In this document: positions 59,701-64,000 of the stretch, one piece after another
Position numbering within the stretch: the stretch's first letter is position 1
How the letters are laid out: every line of letters starts with the position of its first letter
DNA from: the human T2T-CHM13v2.0 reference genome, Homo sapiens
DNA: 64,000 bases
Direction: 5' to 3' (one strand)
NCBI RefSeq assembly: GCF_009914755.1
Contig: NC_060937.1
The notes under the pieces: generated by a model
The model's input: only the letters and a program-made list of their open reading frames with translations
What the model was told of the DNA's origin: nothing
Database searches by the model: none
Translations under genes and position numbers: made by a program

Positions 59701-62700
59701 AAGTACTCAAGTTATATATTCTATACTGTACAAAAAATATCAAAGTACCCAAAGCATGTATTATATACTGTACATAAAATATGAAAGTACATCAAATATA
59801 TATTTTATTCTGTACATAAAATATCAAAGTACACCAAATATATATTCTATAGTGTACATAAAATATCAAAGTACCCAAACTATACATTATATACTGTACA
59901 TAAAATATGAAATTACATCAAATATATATTATATTAGGTACATAAAATATGAAAGTACATCAAAAATAGATTATATACTGTTCATAAAATACCAAAGTAC
60001 CCCAAATATATATTTTATATTGTATATGAAATATCAAAGTTCACAAACTATATATTATATACTGTACATAAAATATCAAAGTACCCAAGGTATATATTCT
60101 ATACTGTACAAATAATATCAAAGTACCCAAACATGTATTATATACTGTACATGAAAGATGAAAGTACATCAAATATATATTTTATTCTGTACATAAAATA
60201 TCAAAGTACACCAAATATATATTCTATAGTGTACATAAAATATCAAAGTACCCAAGCTATACCTTATATACTGTACATAAAATATGAAATTACATCAAAT
60301 ATATATTATATTAGGTACAGAAAATATGAAAATACATCCAATATAGATTATATACTGTACATAAAATACCAAAGTACCCCAAATATATATTTTATTCTGT
60401 ACATGAAATATCAAAGTTCACAAACTATATATTATATACTGTACATAAAATATCAAAGTACCCAAGGTATATATTCTATACTGTACAAAAAATATCAAAG
60501 TACCCAAACATGTATTATATACTGTACATGAAATATGAAAGCACATCAAATATATATTTTATTCTGTACATAAAATATCAAAGTACACCAAATATATATT
60601 CTATAGTGTACATAAAATATCAAAGTACCCAAACTATACATTATATACTGTACATAAAATATGAAATTACATCAAATATATATTATATTAGGTACATAAA
60701 ATATGAAAATACATCAAATATAGATTATATACTGTACATAAAATACCAAAGTACCCCAAATATATATTTTATACTGTACATGAAATATCAAAGTTCACAA
60801 ACTATATATTATATACTGTACATAAAATATCAAAGTACTCGTTATATATTCTATACTGTACAAAAAATATCAAAGTACCCAAAGCATGTATTATATACTG
60901 TACATAAAATATGAAAGTACATCAAATATATATTTTATTCTGTACATAAAATATCAAAGTACACCAAATATATATTCTATAGTGTACATAAAATATCAAA
61001 GTACCCAAACTATACATTATATACTGTACATAAAATATGAAATTACATCAAATATATATTATATTAGGTACATAAAATATGAAAGTACATCAAAAATAGA
61101 TTATATACTGTACATAAAATACCAAAGTACCCCAAATATATATTTTATATTGTATATGAAATATCAAAGTTCACAAACTATATATTATATACTGTACATA
61201 AAATATCAAAGTACCCAAGGTATATCTTCTATACTGTACAAATAATATCAAAGTACCCAAACATGTATTATATACTGTACATGAAATATGAAAGTACATC
61301 AAATATATATTTTATTCTGTACATAAAATATCAAAGTACACCAAATATATATTCTATAGTGTACATAAAATATCAAAGTACCCAAACTATACCTTATATA
61401 CTGTACATAAAATATGAAATTACATCAAATATATATTATATTAGGTACATAAAATATGAAAGTACATCAAATATAGATTATATACTGTACATAAAATATC
61501 AAAGTACCCAAGGTATATATTCTATACTGTACAAAAAATATCAAAGTACCCAAACATGTATTATATACTGTACATGAAATATGAAAGTACATCAAATATA
61601 TATTTTATTCTGTACATAAAATATCAAAGTACACCAAATATATATTCTATAGTGTACATAAAATATCAAAGTACCCAAACTATACCTTATATACTGTACA
61701 TAAAATATGAAATTACATCAAATATATATTATATTAGGTACATAAAATATGAAAGTACATCAAATATAGATTATATACTGTACATAAAATACCAAAGTAC
61801 CCCAAATATGTATTTGATACTGTACATGAAATATCAATGTTCACAAACTATATATTATATACTGTACATAAAATATCAAAGTACTCAAGGTATATATTCT
61901 ATAGTGTACAAAAAATATCAAAGTACCCAAAGCATGTATTATATACTGTACATAAAATATGAAAGTACATCAAATATATATTTTATTCTGTACATAAAAT
62001 ATCAAAGTACACCACATATATATTCTATAGTGTACATAAAATATCAAAGTACCCAAACTATACATTATATACTGTACATAAAATATGAAATTACATCAAA
62101 TATATATTATATTAGGTACATAAAATATGAAAGTACATCAAAAATAGATTATATACTGTACATAAAATACCAAAGTACCCCAAATATATATTTTATATTG
62201 TACATGAAATATCAAAGTTCACAAACTATATATTATATACTGTACATAAAATATCAAAGTACCCAAGGTATATATTCTATACTGTACAAAAAATATCAAA
62301 GTACCCAAAGCATGTATTATATACTGTACATAAAATATGAAAGTGCATCAAATATATATTTTATTCTGTACATAAAATATCAAAGTACACCAAATATATA
62401 TTCTACAGTGTACATAAAATATCAAAGTACCCAAACTATACATTATATACTGTACATAAAATGTGAAATTACATCAAATATATATTATATTAGGTACAGA
62501 AAATATGAAAATACATCCAATATAGATTATATACTGTACATAAAATACCAAAGTACCCAAATATATATTTTATACTGTACATGAATTATCAAAGTTCACA
62601 AACTATATATTATATACTGTACATAAAATATCAAAGTACCCAAAGTATATATTCTATACTGTACAAAAAATATCAAAGTACCCAAACATGTATTATATAC

Positions 62701-64000
62701 TGTACATGAAATATGAAAGCACATCAAATATATATTTTATTCTGTACATAAAATATCAAAGTACACCAAATATATATTCTATAGTGTACATAAAATATCA
62801 AAGTACCCAAACTATACATTATATACTGTACATAAAATATGAAATTACATCAAATATATATTATATTAGGTACATAAAATATGAAAGTACATCAAATATA
62901 GATTATATACTCTAGATAAAATACCAAAGTACCCCAAATATATATTTTATACTGTACATGAAATATCAAAGTTCACAAACTATATATTATAGACTGTACA
63001 TAAAATATCAAAGTACCAAAGGTATATATTCTATACTGTACAAAAAATATCAAAGTACCCCAACATGTATTATATACTGTACATGAAATATGAAAGTACA
63101 TGAAATATATATTTTATTCTGTACATAAAATATCAAAGTACACCAAATATATATTCTATAGTGTACATAAAATATCAAAGTACCCAAACTATACATTATA
63201 TACTGTACATAAAATATGAAATTACATCAAATATATATTATATTAGGTACATAAAATGTGAAAGTACATCAAATATAGATTATATACTGTACATAAAATA
63301 CCAAAGTACCCCAAATATATATTTTATACTGTACATGAAATATCAATGTTCACAAACTATATATTATATACTGTACATAAAATATCAAAATACTCAAGGT
63401 ATATATTATATACTGTACAAAAAATATCAAAGTACCCAAAGCATGTATTATATACTGTTCATAAAATATGAAAGTACATGAAATATATATTTTATTGTGT
63501 ACAAACAATATCAAAGTACACCAAATATATATTCTATACTGTACATAAAATATCAAAGTTCCCAAACTATACATTATATACTGTACATAAAATATGAAAT
63601 TATATCAAATATATATTAGTTACATAAAATATGAAAGTACATCAAATATATATTTTATTCTGTACATAAAATATCAAAGTACACCAAATATATATTCTAT
63701 ACTGTACATAAAATATCAAAATACCCAAACTATACATTATATACTGTACATAAAATATGAAATTACATCAAATATACATTATGTTATGTAGAGAAAATAT
63801 GAAAATACATCAAATATAGATTATATACTGTACATAAAATACCAAAGTACACCAAATATATATTTTATACTGTACATGAAATATCAAAGTTCACAAACTA
63901 TATATTATATACTGTACATAAAATATCAAAGTACTCAAGTTATATATTCTATACTGTACAAAAAATATCAAAGTACCCAAAGCATGTATTATATACTGTA
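38700..64000 (+). repeat. Domain 3: sub-array based on a second 377-bp variant (1-bp deletion in monomer 3, ACCCAAACATGT)
   Basis: The marker ACCCAAACATGTATTATATACTGTACATGAAATATG first appears in this domain at ~39,360 and then recurs to the end of the window. ATACCTTAT, ACTCAAGTTAT and AGTACATGAAAT variants accompany it. Confidence 0.9.
41700..64000 (+). repeat. Higher-order repeat of ~5.0-5.7 kb, about four copies, probably continuing past the window end
   Basis: The marker TTGTGTACAAACAATATC has its TACAAAC at 42061, 47422, 53160, 58518 and 63500 (spacings 5,361, 5,738, 5,358, 4,982). Matching ORFs at 41722/47083/52821/58179/63161 and 45477/51216/56574/61556 show the same offsets to within 1 bp. 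Confidence 0.92.

Larger units (their letters stand above)
1..64000 (+). repeat. HSat1A (classical human Satellite I / SAR) tandem array: 42-bp monomer, 378-bp 9-mer unit, one orientation throughout
   Basis: The 42-bp periodicity is continuous from the first base to the last. GTAC sites give alternating 17-bp (GTACATAAAATATCAAA) and 25-bp (GTACCCAAACTATATATTATATACT) pieces, as described for Satellite I. Nine distinguishable monomer types recur in fixed order every 378 bp (126-aa period in the ORF track). The family name comes from recognition, not a database search. Confidence 0.95.

Noticed and set aside
15339-63574. Short minus-strand ORFs (70-74 aa, hydrophobic, membrane-protein-like)
   Set aside because: They appear only where a point variant (mostly TCA>TGA on the plus strand) removes the usual antisense stop. 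The hydrophobicity reflects T-rich codons.
47-63791. Dozens of plus-strand ORFs (65-783 aa) as protein-coding genes
   Set aside because: They are translations of the 42-bp satellite. Boundaries are set by sporadic stops and 1-bp deletions, there is no unique domain, and variation shows no sign of coding constraint.
1-64000. CRISPR-like array (conserved GTACATAAAATAT core with variable intervening sequence)
   Set aside because: The variable parts are homologous monomer variants cycling every nine units, not unique spacers. There is no leader and no cas genes.
1-64000. Alpha satellite, CENP-B boxes, HSat2/3 or HSat1B
   Set aside because: There is no 171-bp period, no CENP-B box motif, no CATTC repeats and no Alu-derived segment.
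1-64000. TATA boxes, poly(A) signals (e.g. AATAAA variants) and TGTACA palindromes as regulatory sites
   Set aside because: These are expected by composition in an AT-rich repeat and have no supporting context. The palindromes are too short to imply stable hairpins.
1-64000. Transposon insertions or strand inversions
   Set aside because: None was seen. The A-rich strand and monomer pattern persist on every line read, although a very short insertion could be missed by eye.

Overview
The whole 64 kb window is one uninterrupted, single-orientation, very AT-rich tandem satellite. It has a 42-bp monomer (consensus ~CTGTACATAAAATATCAAAGTACCCAAACTATATATTATATA) organised into a 9-monomer, 378-bp unit. 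The monomer has two GTAC (RsaI) sites that split it into 17-bp and 25-bp parts. This matches human classical Satellite I / HSat1A (SAR), found in pericentromeric and acrocentric short-arm heterochromatin; the chromosome cannot be assigned from the sequence alone. I see no genes, RNA genes, transposon insertions, inversions or CRISPR arrays. All ORFs are by-products of a 42-bp (14-codon) repeat with one stop-free frame. The interest lies in the array architecture, which has three domains. (1) ~180-11,600 is highly homogeneous and built on a 755-bp (378+377) dimer with a 2,517-bp duplication. (2) ~11,600-38,700 is older and heterogeneous, a mosaic of dispersed kb-scale duplications including a decayed ~4.5-kb period. 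(3) ~38,700-64,000 is built on a different 377-bp variant and forms a young, length-variable higher-order repeat of ~5.0-5.7 kb. I found no evidence for a new protein-coding or mobile system. Monomers are numbered 1-9 by their conceptual translation: 1 KYQSSQT, 2 KYQSTQG, 3 KYQSTQS, 4 KYESTSNIYF, 5 KYQSTPNIYS, 6 KYQSTQTIH, 7 KYEITSN, 8 KYESTSNID, 9 KYQSTPN. All offsets were read by eye from marker positions and the ORF track.
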